Positions 35,674-50,600 of a DNA stretch of 64,000 nt are shown in pieces. Position numbers and translations under genes: made by a program. A model generated the notes under the pieces. That model searched no databases. It was not told the origin of the DNA and saw only the letters and a program-made list of their open reading frames with translations. The first letter of the stretch is position 1. Each line of letters opens with the position of its first letter. This DNA comes from Ascidiella aspersa (Eukaryota). The DNA lies in contig OZ004610.1 of NCBI GenBank assembly GCA_963924565.1, forward strand, positions 11,904,001 to 11,968,000, written 5' to 3'.

Positions 35674-38600
35674 CTGTGCGGAGGGCAAAATGGTGACGTT
35701 AGCAATGCGAATGCGATTTTTTTTGTTGCTTTAACAACACTATTAAGTTCGTAAGGCAAAGACAGGCTATTTCAAGGTTAGCAGTCGACACAATAAACAT
35801 GACATTAAACACTGAAAGTAGAGATTCCATAGTAGCCTACAGTACATCCACACATTGTAAACAGTTTTCTTTCACCAATACACGCACATACCTTTGCATC
35901 CGCTCGCAATATCGAAGTAGTTCTCCTGGCACTGGTCGCACTTGACTCCGTGAACACCGTCCTTGCACACACAACGTCCGTCCTCGCCGCACTGGAGGTC
36001 GGCGCTACCGTCCGGGTTGCAATTGCACGCTGTGTGTTTGTAAATAATACAAAGCGTTATTAATCTGCCCGCTTGTCATTCATGGGAAGTCTATAGAGCG
36101 TTGAGTTTGAAATTCATGAATAGTTGAAAAGATTAATAAACTGTTCATTCGTTATCAATTTACTGTCTCGAGAATATATAGTTAAAATATTTAAAGCGAC
36201 CAATCTTTACTGCCATTGTGATTTTGCGGCCACAATTGTTGAGTGCTAGCATGTCGTGCACAAGATCTAGGCAAAAAGTCAGACTAAATTTTCCGATACG
36301 TTAAAAAAATGTAGCTGCGCAATCGACTTGGTACGTTAATGTTACCTAATTAAAAGTCGCCTTATACATATCTGTAGAGCGCCCGAGCTAGGTATTTGAG
36401 AACGCCCGAGAAAGGTCTGGCAAAAAATTTCAAGCGAATCCCTTTCGTTCGCAGCTTATTGCCAAAAGTCGGGAGTGGGGCGAAGTGTATTGGCGGGATG
36501 TTGTTTTTGGCGGAAAGGCAACGAGAGGCCATGGTGGAATTCCTTCGGGCGGGTTCACACCGGCTTCGGTGTGCGAGAAAGTAAGCGTTTCGGGGAACCG
36601 CAATTCCCCGCACGTTAGGAAAGGCCTGGAGGACCTTGGGCTTCGCAAAATTGAATTACGAACAAACCGCGGAGACACGTAAGCGAAAAGAGCAGCGCAG
36701 ACATGAAAGCGCGAGCACCCAGCGATAGCGCACAGTATATAAGTCACAAAGGGGCGCGTCGCTATTTCTAAGAGATATTTATAATGCTTGAATGTTTCAT
36801 GTGAACAAAAATAAATACGGAGTCCTTAAACCTATTCATAAATTTTACCTAAATTTAGTTGTATCTTCACAGAATCTAACCAAGCTCTGTTACACTCATA
36901 GACATAGTGAGAAAGTTGTACCGCACAATTATACACGAATAATAACAAAATCACAATTAACTTAAATATTTCCACTCTAACTCAAAAAACGAATAACAAT
37001 CAGGTAGGTCTCTCACCTTCGCACCCGTCTCTCGACAGGCTGTAGTAGTTGGGCAAGCACTGGTCGCATCTGGTGCCGCCCACACCCGGGTTGCATTCGC
37101 ACTGGCCATCGTCCTGGCCACACTCGCCCGTGCTGGCGCCCGACTGGTGGCAGTTGCACGCCTCGCAGCCGGCGCCGCTGTGCAGGTTCCAGAAGCCTGG
37201 TCTGCAGTGGTCGCACGATCGACCTGGAACCACAAATTTGGTTTGAAAATCGCTACAAACAACGATGCACTTGGCTGCCGTATTAAAAGCCTTATTCGCG
37301 TGTGTTACTGTTACGCAGTTCCAACACCCAGTTTGCTAGGTCGCGTACTATTGGCTAAACAGTTCACGTAATACAAACGGCTTTAGGCGAAAAAGTAGTT
37401 ATTGTATAAGTTTTGTGACATTTTCGATGTTATGTTAAAGCAGCTGTAAATTAATCCCGTATTTTTTTACGCATTGGGCCACAACAATTAAGTTATGATT
37501 TGAATCATACATGTTATTTAAAAACTGGGAAGTCATTCTTGGGTAAGGTATCTCACGGCTCACAAGATCACAAACAAAATTGTAATTTATAAGGTTTCGT
37601 TATTAGAAGCGAACCAGAGCACGAGGCAACTTTGTTTCCCAGCTTTGAAGACGACAGTCAATTCAAGAGCAAAAGATTAATATCATAATGGCAAGCTGAC
37701 AAACCTTCAACATTTGGCAGGCACTCGCACTGTCCGGTCGACGGGTTGCAGGCTGTCACGTGACGGCTTCCCAAGTGGTTACATTCGCACACTGAAACAA
37801 GAGCAAAATAAAATGATTAAGAACAGTAAGCGCAATACGTAATCGTATGTTAAACGTTTCTGGAACCTGTTAATGATGTGGTTGGTTGTTTTTTCAAAAA
37901 TAACCTGACTGGAAAGGTATTTTTTACATTGTCTTTTACAGTTATAAGCTTGTTTATTGTTCAAGATTGATTTAGAAAGTTTAAAATATACTGTATGTTT
38001 AAAACAACCATAAATACATGTATGCCGTCTTGGTTCCCACTTTCTTCACCATGTAACAGTCCAAGCAGAGCGATCATAACAAACGCTACAAACGACTGAA
38101 AATTCCTCAGCACCAACTAAGCAAACAACTTACGTCTACAGCGCTCCTCGGGCACGTTGGTGACCGGCTTGCCATAGTAGCCGGGCAGGCACTGGTCGCA
38201 GTGGAAGCCGGTGGTGTTGTGGATGCACTTAAGGCACTCGCCCGACGTGCGGTTGCAGTTCATGATGGCGTTCTCATCGATGTTGTCATTGCACATGCAG
38301 CGCTGGCACGGGCCGAAGCCGCGCGGGTCGCCAAACCAGCCGTCCATGCACATCTCGCACTGCTTGCCTGCAAAGCGGAAGAACTCATTAAGTGTGTAAA
38401 GATTTCAAGCGAAGTGCGTTGTGATTTATAAATAGGCTAGTTTTTACTGTGGTGTGTGTCACGGTTAAGGTCATTTTACGTCACTTAATTACAAGCAGAC
38501 AATGCGTTTGGAAAGCTAACAACATATTTGCAGGTATGTTTCTGTAAACTTTATTATTAACAGCAACAAAAACCGCAAAACACTAAACAAATTTATCCAT

Positions 38601-41600
38601 TTTATTACATTTTAACGATCAATAGTTATAAACCGTAGACGTCAACTTAATTAAGAACAGAAAGTTGTAGCTGGTAATGTGTCCGGATGAAATATCAGTC
38701 TGCCTAAAAACGAAAGAAAGTCGTACTTTTCGTACTTTAACGGCTTAGTGCCTAACAGTCAATCACAATTTGCTTCTTCGTTGAGTCGCAAACAGCGGCT
38801 AAACATGGGCCGTTTTTAACTCTAAAAACAGCACCCACCTGCGTAGCCGGGTGGGCAACTAGTGCAGACCAGGCTGCCGTCGTCCAGAAGCGCACAGGCC
38901 GAGCTCTGTGGACACGGGCACTGGGTGCACTCCTGCGGCGTTCCGCGTTTGGACTCGTCGCCGCTGAAGTAGAAGCCGTCGTCGCAGAGCTCGCAGTGGT
39001 CGCCCATCGTGTTGTGGTCGCAGTTGCAGATTCCTGTTTGGGTATAACGTCGCACACGGTTATCGACTTGCGGTCGTGTCGCGACAAACAATAACGCGAA
39101 GGCCAATAAATATGCTGTCGCTACCAGGCATAGTATACTAAAAATAAGTTCTTCTGGTATATATTTGTTTTTCCAACGTTTCGGCTAACTATTCAGAAAG
39201 CCTTCATCAGGGAATAATACACATGGCCAACAAGAACGATTCTTCGTGAAACGCGAAGGCCACTTAATTGGCTCGGGATTAATGTGGTTAAGGTTGTAGG
39301 TGATTTAAGTAGCTGTGCGATCGAGTTAAGCCACGCAGACCATGCGTAAATACATTTCTGAAGTCTAGAAGGTACATTTCTCCGTAAGCTCCAATTCAAA
39401 CGTGACAGATATTAAACCTAGGTCTACTGGCATCGTAGCCGACTCACCTGTCTCCTTGTCGCAAGTTTGAGCGTGCCCGTTGCAATTGCACGGAACGCAG
39501 CGAGCCAGCTTGCCACCGTTGGGTGGGTCACGGGTGTAGCCGGGCAGGCACTCCTCGGCAAAGCTCTGTGTATAGGGGTGGATGTTGCAGCTTTCCACCC
39601 AGTTGGCGCTAGGTCCAGCGCCCAAGTACTCGGCCGTGGTCATGTGCACGTTGTCCAGGTAGCCGACCACTGGAAAGGACAAAAAATAACTAAATAAATT
39701 TCAGTTGACTTGAATAATACCTTACAGCCTTAGTAGAGAAAAAATAGTAAGCGTCGCGATGAGATTAAAATATTTTTAATGTCACACCCTGAGAACTTAG
39801 CACATTTACTCAAATTTGTCCAGTTAGTAAAATAACAAAAAAGTTACAAATGTTCATATTAAAAGGTATGTAAGAATATAACTTCGGGCCGCAAATTATT
39901 AGAAGGAAAGCATCCAGCAATCACATTCAGTTGTTTAGGACGCCACCCAACTAATAAATAGGAAAGGAGAATCATAATTGCGCTAAAAGCCTAACTATTT
40001 TCTTTGACCAAAAAAAAAAATTAAATATAAATATAAAATGAAAACACTAATAAGTCGATCACTTACGGCCTTCTCCGTACGTGGACCTGATCTCCAGTGA
40101 CTTGAGCGTGTTAAGCAGTAGCTGGAATTGGAAAGGAGTAAGCCGGGGTCGGAATCCGGCTGCTTCGTGCAAACGGAAGCGGTATGACTGCTGCTCAGTG
40201 CTGGGGAGAGGGTTGCCCTGCGCGGAAAAATATTTTCGTTGCTTATGGTTGCTTCTCTAAACAGCGCGTTATTATGTTCTCACTAAACGGTGGTAAATTG
40301 CTTTCCGAAAATTTTGAGTGGTTGCAACAACCAAAAACATATGCATCGATTAAAGTAATGAGTGAGTTAGTTTATAATATTCGATAAAATCAAAACGCTT
40401 TTATCACTTGATTTTTACACTGATGATGGCATGAGTTATTGCTGAAATGTCTGTAAATTGCGAAATGTCGATTTTGTCGAATATTATGGATTAAAATTGC
40501 TAAAAAAACGTGTATTGTGTTCTAGAGTTAGTTCAGTATTCTGATTGTAAACATTTAAATTCAAAATTCCCGTAGCTGTTTTTTTTTCTGTATAAACCTT
40601 TTACAGATTTATTTGAAGCAAAAACCGTGACTTTCGACACCCATCGTTCGAACGACCTAATTAATTTATCAACTTATATTGTACAATACATTCCTAAGCA
40701 TACATACTAATGTATTATTCCCTAAATCACAAGGTTCCCCAACTGACCTGTCCTGTAATTCTGATCTGGACGCGGGCGTCGTCACCGTTCTCGTCCTCTC
40801 CCACTAGGATGAGGTCATCCGCTCCAGCAACCGCGATCCCGACACCGTTGATGTCGAAGGATCCACTGCCGACGTCCAGGAAGGCCTCGCCCTTGTTTTC
40901 GAGCCACAGGTTGAAGTCGAGCATCTGGTTGTAGCTGAAACGCTGCTCGCCGAGAAACTTGGCTGAAAGCATTAATTTAATTTTCGTTATTAGTTTGTTA
41001 AAGTGATAAAGAGTCGATTAAAAACTTGGCTGAAACCATCAATTTAAGTTTCGTTATAGTTTGGCAAAGCGATAAAGTGGTAACGGCAGTTTTTACTTAA
41101 ATTTTACTGCCTTTTAAGTTAACGTCAAATTGCAAGTAAAAGCACATTGTACAATAAACAGTCATAATTTACTGGCCGATATTCGGAAAATTTAAATTTT
41201 GTCTCAACACGATTCCAAACGTTTAGCATGTTACCTGGAGCAACAAAGTACGACATGTAATAGTTTTCCGGGTCCATGCTGATCGCCGATCCATCGTAAT
41301 GCACTGGCGCCGGGTTGCCGCGACTGTCACGCCCTGTCCAGTTGTCGACATCTGACGAAAAATAAATAAAATAAATTAAAAAATTCTAAAGTCGCAACGA
41401 TAAGACCGGTCTGTGAACCGTCCGAAATCACATTATGTAGTTTAAAAGGCTTTGGTCGGCCCAATTGCCACGTATCGCGTATTGGTGATTTAGAATTACA
41501 CAAAGCAAGTTTACATAAACGGAAAAAAACTGTCCGAAATCACACTATGTAGTTTAAAAGGCTTTGGTCGGCTCAATTGCCAAATATCGCGCATTGGTGA

Positions 41601-44600
41601 TTAAGAATTACACAAAGCAAGTCTACACGAGCGACCAAAACTGCCATAAGCATCACAAGAGTCGCCGCACAGGGGAGTCGCGACCTTTACGCCGTTTCGA
41701 AAGTTCGCTTTGATTGCAGCGCGCCGGGATTCGGCTATTTCTCGGGGGAGAGCAAAATCAAGTCCCATTAGCAATTGTCGAAAGACGAACATTGTGTGAC
41801 GTCACAATGGAAATAAGAGGCGGAACGGTCGAGAACCGAGAAAAGTTACAAGGCCATACAGTGAAACTACACAGTCGGATGTCTAGGACGGGAGTTCGAG
41901 CGACTTTGTTTGGTTATGGTTTCTTGTCCAATCGCTCGAAACGTCGACACAGGAAATGCCGGCGTTTCGCGACGACGCCATTAGGCCTGACGTCATTGTT
42001 TGGCCATGCTGTATAACCTTGCGCCGAGCGTCTAAATGTAGAGAACAGTTTCTTCGATCACCTTAAACGTTGACCTCGCGTACCAAATTAACACATTACG
42101 TGGCCTCAAAGTGCCCATATAATAGCAAGGAAAATAAAGAAATTGTACAAGGGACGCAAAAAGCGGGCCAGCCACTTGTTAACTGGCCATGAATGTCGAC
42201 AGCAAAAGTCTCGCGGTTACACGGCAAGCTGCTGTATCTAGGCGACGAAGATGTTGTAACGCTGCCAGGGTCAATTAACGACTGTGGTTTCGCGAGGCTG
42301 CTGGATCTTCTACTACGCCTTAATGCCTGATTAGTGTTTACCCACGCGAGCCTTGGTTACAAACAAATGCACACATCCCAGGAAAGTTTATTCGTAAGGT
42401 TTCCAATCAATCCTACATTCTCGATGTATATGAGTCACCTGTATATCGTTGTCTGAAACATTTTTTGCGATGTTGTACATGTTTACAGTTTGTTACTGCG
42501 GTAGGGACCTCCGGTTGAGCAACGTCACAGGCTTATAAGGTATAACCCAGGTAAGCAAGAGTGAACGCCAAACCTACCCGATTGGAAGTCACTAGAAATG
42601 AAGGCTGCTGTGTAGTCGGGCGACACCGTACATACGGAGGAGTGGCCGTAGCAGAAGCAGGCGGTGCAGCCGTAAGGGTCTTCTGCCAGCAAGTTCATGA
42701 ATCCAGGCTTACAACTGGTGACAGTAAACACAGCATTTTAACGACTTCCATTACGATGGATGATTGTGCCGAGCAATAGTCACAAATGGTCGTAAAATAT
42801 CTTTCCTTTTTATTAAAAAAAATGCTCTAAACTAGTAGTTGTTAATATAGATTGGGAGATAAAATACTGCTGTTGGAACGAATGTCAGCACTGAACAATT
42901 TAAACAAAGATTATTCTCACAACATTGCAAGCTTTATTAGTCAATAAATTATTGCTTTGCCAGACTAAAGATTTCTTACATATCACAGTTGTGTCCCTCC
43001 ACGTTCAGTTTGCACACACAAGTTCCGGTCTCAGAATCGCAAACTGTTCCTTCCACACTTCCAGCTGGTGAGCATCGGCAAAGCCTAGAATTTTAAAACA
43101 ATAAATTATCTTAATGTATAAGTCAACATTTAAAACAAAAAAACAAAGCATAATTAATATACGTAAACGTAATATCAGCGCTTTACCATCAACTATACAA
43201 AAAACTAGCGTTTTTAGGCAGTAATAAGCTAATCACATATTAAATCATTCAACGCTATTCGATGTTAAGCTTGATGTTAAGTCGTCGGTAAAATGTCATT
43301 TGTATTGCCCGCGAGTACATCAGCAGTCCCAAGTGGGTTGATATTAACCAGTAGACCTAATTATATCGCTGAGGCGTGTTATCAAATCGCGTTGACGCGA
43401 CGCAACGCAAAGGCATCGTAGGAAGCGAACCACCAAATAAGTTAAACGGCTAAACAAGTGAGCTTATGTGTGTTACTTACGAGCAGCCCGCTTCGCTGAG
43501 TCCGTAGTATCCGTTCATACAGCGATCGCACCTGGCGCCTCCCACACCTGGCTTGCAGAGACACTGGCCGTTCGTGTCGCATTGAGAGCTGGTGGCACCT
43601 TGGGGAAAGCAACAGTTTGAAAGCAAACAAAACCCGAACCCTTTGGCAAATAAAACGAGGAGATAGCGAGCGCGCATTGTTTGTTTGTTTGAAGGGGCAA
43701 AACTTGGAAAGGGCGCGCCTTCGTGAAATTGAAGGACGGCGATTCATTAACCAAAATTCAACTAAAATGGAGCACTTTAAAACTAACTTATAACACTGTT
43801 TAAGATATTAAGAGGTATACGTAACTAAAAAAGCGGGACATACAATAAAAATTTAAATTAGGCGTATGAGTTCTCCCGGTGCAACGAGCGGAGAGTTTTA
43901 ACATATTTAAAACAATATATGTTTATTTAAACTTGTCCCAATACTTACCAAGTCCGCTGCACTCGCAAGCCGTGCACCGGTTGTTGGCCGGGTCGCGGAA
44001 GTAGTAGTCCTTGCAAACCTCGCAGTGGGGCCCGGCGGTGTTGTCCCTGCAGTTGGTGCAGTAACCCCCGTGGCCGGTCTGGCGGTAGCGCTCCGGGTCG
44101 AAGTAGCAGGTCTCCGATAAGCCGTTGCAGTCGCACTCTGCGGGAAAAAGACAGATTAAAGCCGGGCTTGTTGCGGATGTTTGCTTGTGGAGCTTTGGCC
44201 GGCGGTGAGTGGGGACATGGGGCAAATAACGGCGTTTAATCAGTGCGCATGCCAGTCAGCACACAAGCTACCGTACACATGACGCAGGACTGGACCTGCT
44301 GGCCGACGACACGAGATAATGCGAATCGAATAGGCCTGTCGTAAACGAGCTTCTCGGACGCACGTTGGGAGTGTGACTGGTTGCGTGGTAGGCCGTTTTA
44401 ACGGCATTTAGTAGAGGGCAACAAAAATATATATTTGATTATAAATTTTAGCCGCCAAAGAATTACGCCGAAATGATTCGACTTAAAATCTTACGCATAT
44501 ATATCGAAAAAGGAAACCACCATTGCAAATTGTAAAATAACATACATACGGTAAGCCACGACAAAGGCACCATTGGCGTGGTTTTATATTTACAATACCT

Positions 44601-47600
44601 GGCAAGCGACTGAAAATTGCAGAATTACTACTTTGTGCAAGCCACGGAAAACCAATCTCGACGTACGCGATACGGCCAAGGTATAATTAGACGTTTGTGA
44701 AACAAAAACAAAACATAGTATATCAATTAGCAAATGTAAATTAGTTGAAAAGACGAACGGCGGAAAGGCTGTGCACAGGTACCACAAACCGTGAACGATT
44801 TGTGATCTCAGACTAGGAGTAAACGGCTTTCGAGTCATTCAAAGTCGGGGCTTCGACTGAACTTCAATGCGTGCTTTATACATCACAATAGCACCGTCTT
44901 CACGATCGAGTGTTTTCGAAAGGGCGTACCGCGGCCGAGCGAAAATGACGGCAATCAGGCGACGGATGCGCCCGGCGCTTTGAAGTCTTCAACGGCGGCG
45001 AGCGACTAAGTATAATGCTACTTTGCACGGGCGATCAGAAGCCAAACGCTATTTCCATTTGTCGCTCGCCGATTTAATGGAGATGATGTCATACGTGTAG
45101 CATTGACTTCACACGACAAGATGTGTTTTCGATCTACATAAGTGTTTTTTTAACATTTGACCGAGTTTCGCAGGTCTAATTTCGTGTAATTTGGGCACCA
45201 TACTGTTGAAAGTGAACCTTAAATAGCAGAAAAAACAGTCACTTTTTAAGCTTTCGTTTAAACTGTATAATATTATTCACTCGAAAACGGGCCGATTTGT
45301 TACAAAAGTCGCTAAAAATTGACTGGTTCAGTCATGGCCACCGACTACGTATTAGGTTCAAAGTTATGGCGGAAAATGTTTGTAGTCAACACGTAACGCT
45401 CAAATTCCGCAAATAAACGGCCAACTTGGCCTAAACTACAATAATCAGACGTCTTGCTGTTTTGTCGCGTAGCGTGACGACCGATAAAGCCCCAATTGGC
45501 GCAAAGGCGACATTAGCGTTCTGCCATGTGGCTGACCGCCCCGCAAATCGCACGCGGTAATTTCGGCTCGGCGTTAATAACTAGTAAGAGATAAAAGAAG
45601 CTCGAAAATCGCGCTTTGTGAGGGATCCTGACGCTTCCTTAGGGCGGAAAGAGTCACACCTGCTCCGTTTGCCGACGAATCGACAATTGACGCGCGACGG
45701 AAATGGCGAAATTGTTATTATTTCTGAGCTCCTACCTTCCCACTCTTCGCCGTTCCACATAATGTAGGCCCGAGAGGTGGAAACAGCCTCAAGGATCAGC
45801 ACCATCAAGAGCAATCGTTGAATTTTTGCTTGCTTACATCCCTTGTTGTTATCACAACGGAAACGAAAAAGCTGACTGTGCATCGCGCTGGTCAAGCAAC
45901 AAAAGCAGCAGCAGTGGCACCGCCTAACACAAAACTCTAAACTCTATACTACACTGTATATTCTGTAAAGTGGTCAGCCTGTAAACCGCCGAAGACACAG
46001 CAGCAACAACTGGCGTCTGTTTCAGTCTCGGTCTCGGCAAGTAATTCGTTCGCTACGCTCGATGGGCGACTTCTTTCTGATAGCGCAACTGACCACTCGC
46101 TGCTCGTACCGGCGCCGTGTCCCGAATAAAGGGGGAGTTCGCGTCTCCGGCAAACGGGGATGCTGGTTTGAGAACGCGCCCTAATCACATTAGAAACGAG
46201 AAAGCGATATTCTGGTGGCCCCACGGGTCCATTAGTACCAAGTTGTGTATGCGTAGTAGGCGAACTACACGCTATTCCGGACGGCGCTCCAATTCTTTGG
46301 AACGCCAAAGCGCAACGGTAAGCCACAAGGCCACAATACGAATCCCTCTGCGCAAACTCAGCTCGAGAAACAATATAATAGAGTTAATGACGCATTCCGC
46401 GGTTGCGGAAACTCAATATACAGCGATTTCTCGCCTGCTGTAAAGATCGAAGCCCACAATTTGATTCGCGATTCAGGACTAACGTAAAACGACTGTTTCA
46501 GCTTCTCGCCGTGCGACTAACAGCTGCTTCCAGCAAACCTCCCTTAAGTTGGCAAGAAGTCGAACGCATGACATCGGAAATGATGTTACGAGGGTAAACA
46601 GTGATGGGAGAGAGTTGGCAAAGTGCGGTCGGCGACATACAATTACTTTGGTTGTATATGGTGAACAACTTTCGGGAAGGCAGAAGGCTGCGTCGCGGCG
46701 AGTTGTCATATCTTGCCACTTTTCTCAATGATGTTAAACACGGGTTGGACACGAGGGCAATTTCAAATCGAAAGCTAATCCGGAAACTTTTGGGGCAATT
46801 GCTTAGAAAACGCCACAGGAAAATTACTGTGGATTCATGGACGCATAAACATGGTTGTTGGAAGTTTTAAAAATATATCTCACTCTAATGGTCATCAAAT
46901 ATTATTGTTTTTTTGCCTCGCGAAATAAAATGAAACGTAAAATGACAAATTAAATGAATTACTTTGCTATGCGACTAGCCGGGAATTTCGGTCAGAATGA
47001 CTGCATTGTAAAACATCGTTACAATTTGTTTTAAGTGTTGCTCGACCAGAGAAAATAAAATAACGTCAACACAAATAACTTGTATCACGTTAAATAACCA
47101 ACTCATGTTATATGCTGACCTAATCCAAAAACAGTTAGACAGACAACAGCTTTTTAAAAAAAGTGAAAAAACAAAACACTTTTAGTATATTGGGAATATT
47201 TACAACGGTTTACTTGGAAGGCAGGGCGAGAGCAATTAAAACACAATAAATCAAAGAACTACATCTTGCATGGATCATGCCTATATAAAGTTATACGCCG
47301 CACACGTTATAGAAAGGCAAGCGCATTTTATCGCGCACCGAATCTTAACGCTTGGTTTCCCTTGTTAGGCCTTACACGCTACACTTTACCGCTACGACGC
47401 ACTTACCGAGAGATATGAACATCTTAAAATGGGGTCTACTGCTGGACAGCGACATCTGCCGGCAATGTGAGAATCGTCATGGAGTCGCTATTTGGAATTT
47501 TGTTCTGCGGCTGGCGGTTTACGGTTGTAATTGATAAAACTAGCAAGTTATGCGCCGACAGATTTTGGAAACATTAACAACATGCAGGCAAACTGCATAT

Positions 47601-50600
47601 GTAGCCAGGTTTTAAGGCAGTCAGGATAAAAGATAATAATCCGCTGTTGGGAAATTCGCTTATTGTTCTCATTAATCGCGATATCGCGGAAAAGCCGCAT
47701 CGTGCCAAGAGTCGGATTTTTATTGCGTCAAACAAGAGAGTGTTTATTTGACTGCGCAAAACCGCAACGGTCCGTCAATGCCGAAACGATATACGCCTTG
47801 GCGATAAAACCCTGACTGACAGCTGATCACCTAGATTACTCAAAATTCGAAGGCAAGCCGGCAGTATGATTGCAAAAACAAACCCTGTCAATGACTCATG
47901 TGGTGTACATGACGTTGAAGAAGGGTCAGCTAGTCCACAGAAAAGGATGTCAGACAAACTCCTCAACCAGTCCACGCCAAACATGTTTGAGTTCGCAGCA
48001 ACTCTTGTAGTGTTGCAAAAGTGCAACCGGCGGTTACAGAGGGCGGGGCCAAAGCCGACGGAATAGTTGTGAGCCGCACAAAGCCCGGATTGTGTTCTTT
48101 TGGTTTACGCGCGGTGGCCTGACAAAATAAGCCAAGGCCGCAAAAATTCCGCCCGCGATCTGGCGAAAGTGCGTCGACTCACCGGAAGCTGCGGTTCGGC
48201 ATTTTTTTTTAAAGCCTGTCGCTAAATGAACGGAGTTGTACCCCTTTTTAGAGATTACCAGGTCATCCATCGGTAAACAACAGGTTGGCTGATCTGGATT
48301 ATGGCAACTCATGTTTCGCTGCTCGATAACATCAGTTTGTTGCTAAACCGGGTAGGCTAATTACTGCTTTCCTCTCGAACCGTTTGTTCTTTCTTGGGAT
48401 GCATTTATGAGATCGACCGTTGATCTAGTGATGATTTTGTTGCATGTATTGTGTGTGTTGTGTAGTGGATAGGCTACGAACATTTTTACCGATACAATGC
48501 TTAGTGTGGCATTTAATATAACTCTAACAGATCAGAGTCTTTAACAATTTAAACCTGACGACTATCTCTTTCCCGTTTTTCGTGACAACTAATCAAATCC
48601 TCGTAGAAATGTAAATATAACTAAAACCTTACCGGTGGAACTGAAAAAATGTTTTTATTCACTGGGAGTTCCCTAAAAACCGTATTCTAAACATAGCAAA
48701 ACGCTAAGGTAGGCTGCAGCGCAAAACGAAAGTGCAATTTTCTTAACAGTCACGGAATCTTTCGTAGAACTCAACAGCTAAGACATGCCTCCTTTTCCAT
48801 ATACATGTCGATTCGACATGGCGAAAGCAAACAAACAAATACAAGGCGGACACCTACCGGCACATTCCCCAGGGTCCTCGCGGGTCGCTCTGCTCCAGGG
48901 CTTGTCGTTAAACATCGGAGCACACTTCTCGCAGTCTGGCCCGGCTGTGTTGTGCTGACATTCACAAGTAAGAACATCTTCGTAGTTCAGGTGACAGGCG
49001 CTGGCGTGGCCGTTGCAAGAGCACCTGCGAGTGGTGATTGGAAAGTTGTTAACGCGTATTACTACATTTTGCGCCTTTTTTTAAGCAATTACACCAATCC
49101 TTGAAAGCCTTTTTTCCACACGCCAACTGATATAGCAGGTTGTGGTTTTCTTATTCGTCAAGATATCGTGTAGGGCGGACAATTGTTTGCAAACTTTATT
49201 GACAATGAATGTTCATGGACCTCTGTCATCTTTTAGTGGTTTATTTTTAGTGGTCCTCTGTCATCTTTTAGTGCGGGACTATAATATATTAAATACACAC
49301 TTATTTACGTGTTTAGGGCATTTTTTGGAACTTAATTTCCGTTTGTAGTACTCTCTAACGCCTTCAACCAAACCCAACGTTAAAAAACACTGGCGTAGGG
49401 CCACTATAGGACTCACAATGTTAGCTAACATGTGGCTGTGGCGGAAAAGATTAGGTGAAACACGAAGCACGAAAAATGGCACTATTGTGACCGTTACGCG
49501 ATCACGGATTTGCAGCCAGCGTGTTGCATTTCCGCCTTGGGAACAAAGCGAGACAATGGCGCGGGGTCATCTGCCTTTGTCCGTTTCAAGTGCTACTTCC
49601 CGCCTCAAGGTTACGGTGCCATTTTTCGTACAGAATAACCTGTGCGTTGCCATCTTTTGACAGCAAAATCTGAACCGCGCTTCAAACATTACTTTGTTCT
49701 TAGTGCGATCTCCGGTTTACGCAATTACTTCGATAGTTATGTGCAACTGATGCTTGTTGCGGACGGACGCTCCAGGATTTATACCCTTTCAAATAGTTAC
49801 TCTTTCCTATTTAAATCCAATGCACCATAATATAAAATACAATAACAGGTCAATACACAACGATGGGGAAAATATACGTCAATCCAGCGCAAAGAGAAAG
49901 CTACGCAGCATGGCGCAACCCTAGCAGCGACCAGGGCTTGAGGCACTAGTACCCACAAGTCCCACATCTAGGCAGCAATTATAGAGGCGAGGCCCAAATT
50001 TCCATAGCTCGCAACACGGGACTAACAAAGCCTTACAACATCACGCTGCAAAATCAGCAGCAAGGCGCAGTATTTACAGAGCGGCGAGAGCGCCTTGGCT
50101 TTGAACGGAACTTTTTAAAGTTCGGCGCGGTTTTGCGTCAAGTCGCCCTTCGCCGAGAAAAGGCCGATCCGGATTGCGTGGGACGGTATGACGGGCGCGG
50201 CGTCGCACCGCAATCTGCGCAAATGCCAGAAAAGGCTTACGAGAAGAGGCCGCGACGCGACGCAGATGACTAACCGATTAATGAATATACACATTAAACA
50301 AGCACATTCGCTCAGCGACTAGAAGTCTGTCTGCCTGTGTTTGCTCTCACCTGCCGCCGACTGATAAGTCCGAGATGGCGTAGTAGTAGGACTTGAGCAC
50401 CTTGGGGTCGCGAAAGACCTCGTCACCGAAGGTGTTGATTCGGTTGAGCGTGATGCGAATTGCCACGGCCTTGACCCAATCCTGGTAAGGGTAAAGAAAG
50501 TGGTTAAAAAAACGCCTGGGTATTTAGACAAATAAAAGGCTAAATGTTATTGCCAAGATGTAAACATCAAGTAACATACCACGCTTTCGTGGTAGGTATG

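Noticed and set aside
45581-46870. Cluster of 60-125 aa ORFs in laminin intron 5 (possible nested gene)
   Set aside because: No motif, no consistent splice chain and no codon bias like the true exons; cannot be supported as coding.
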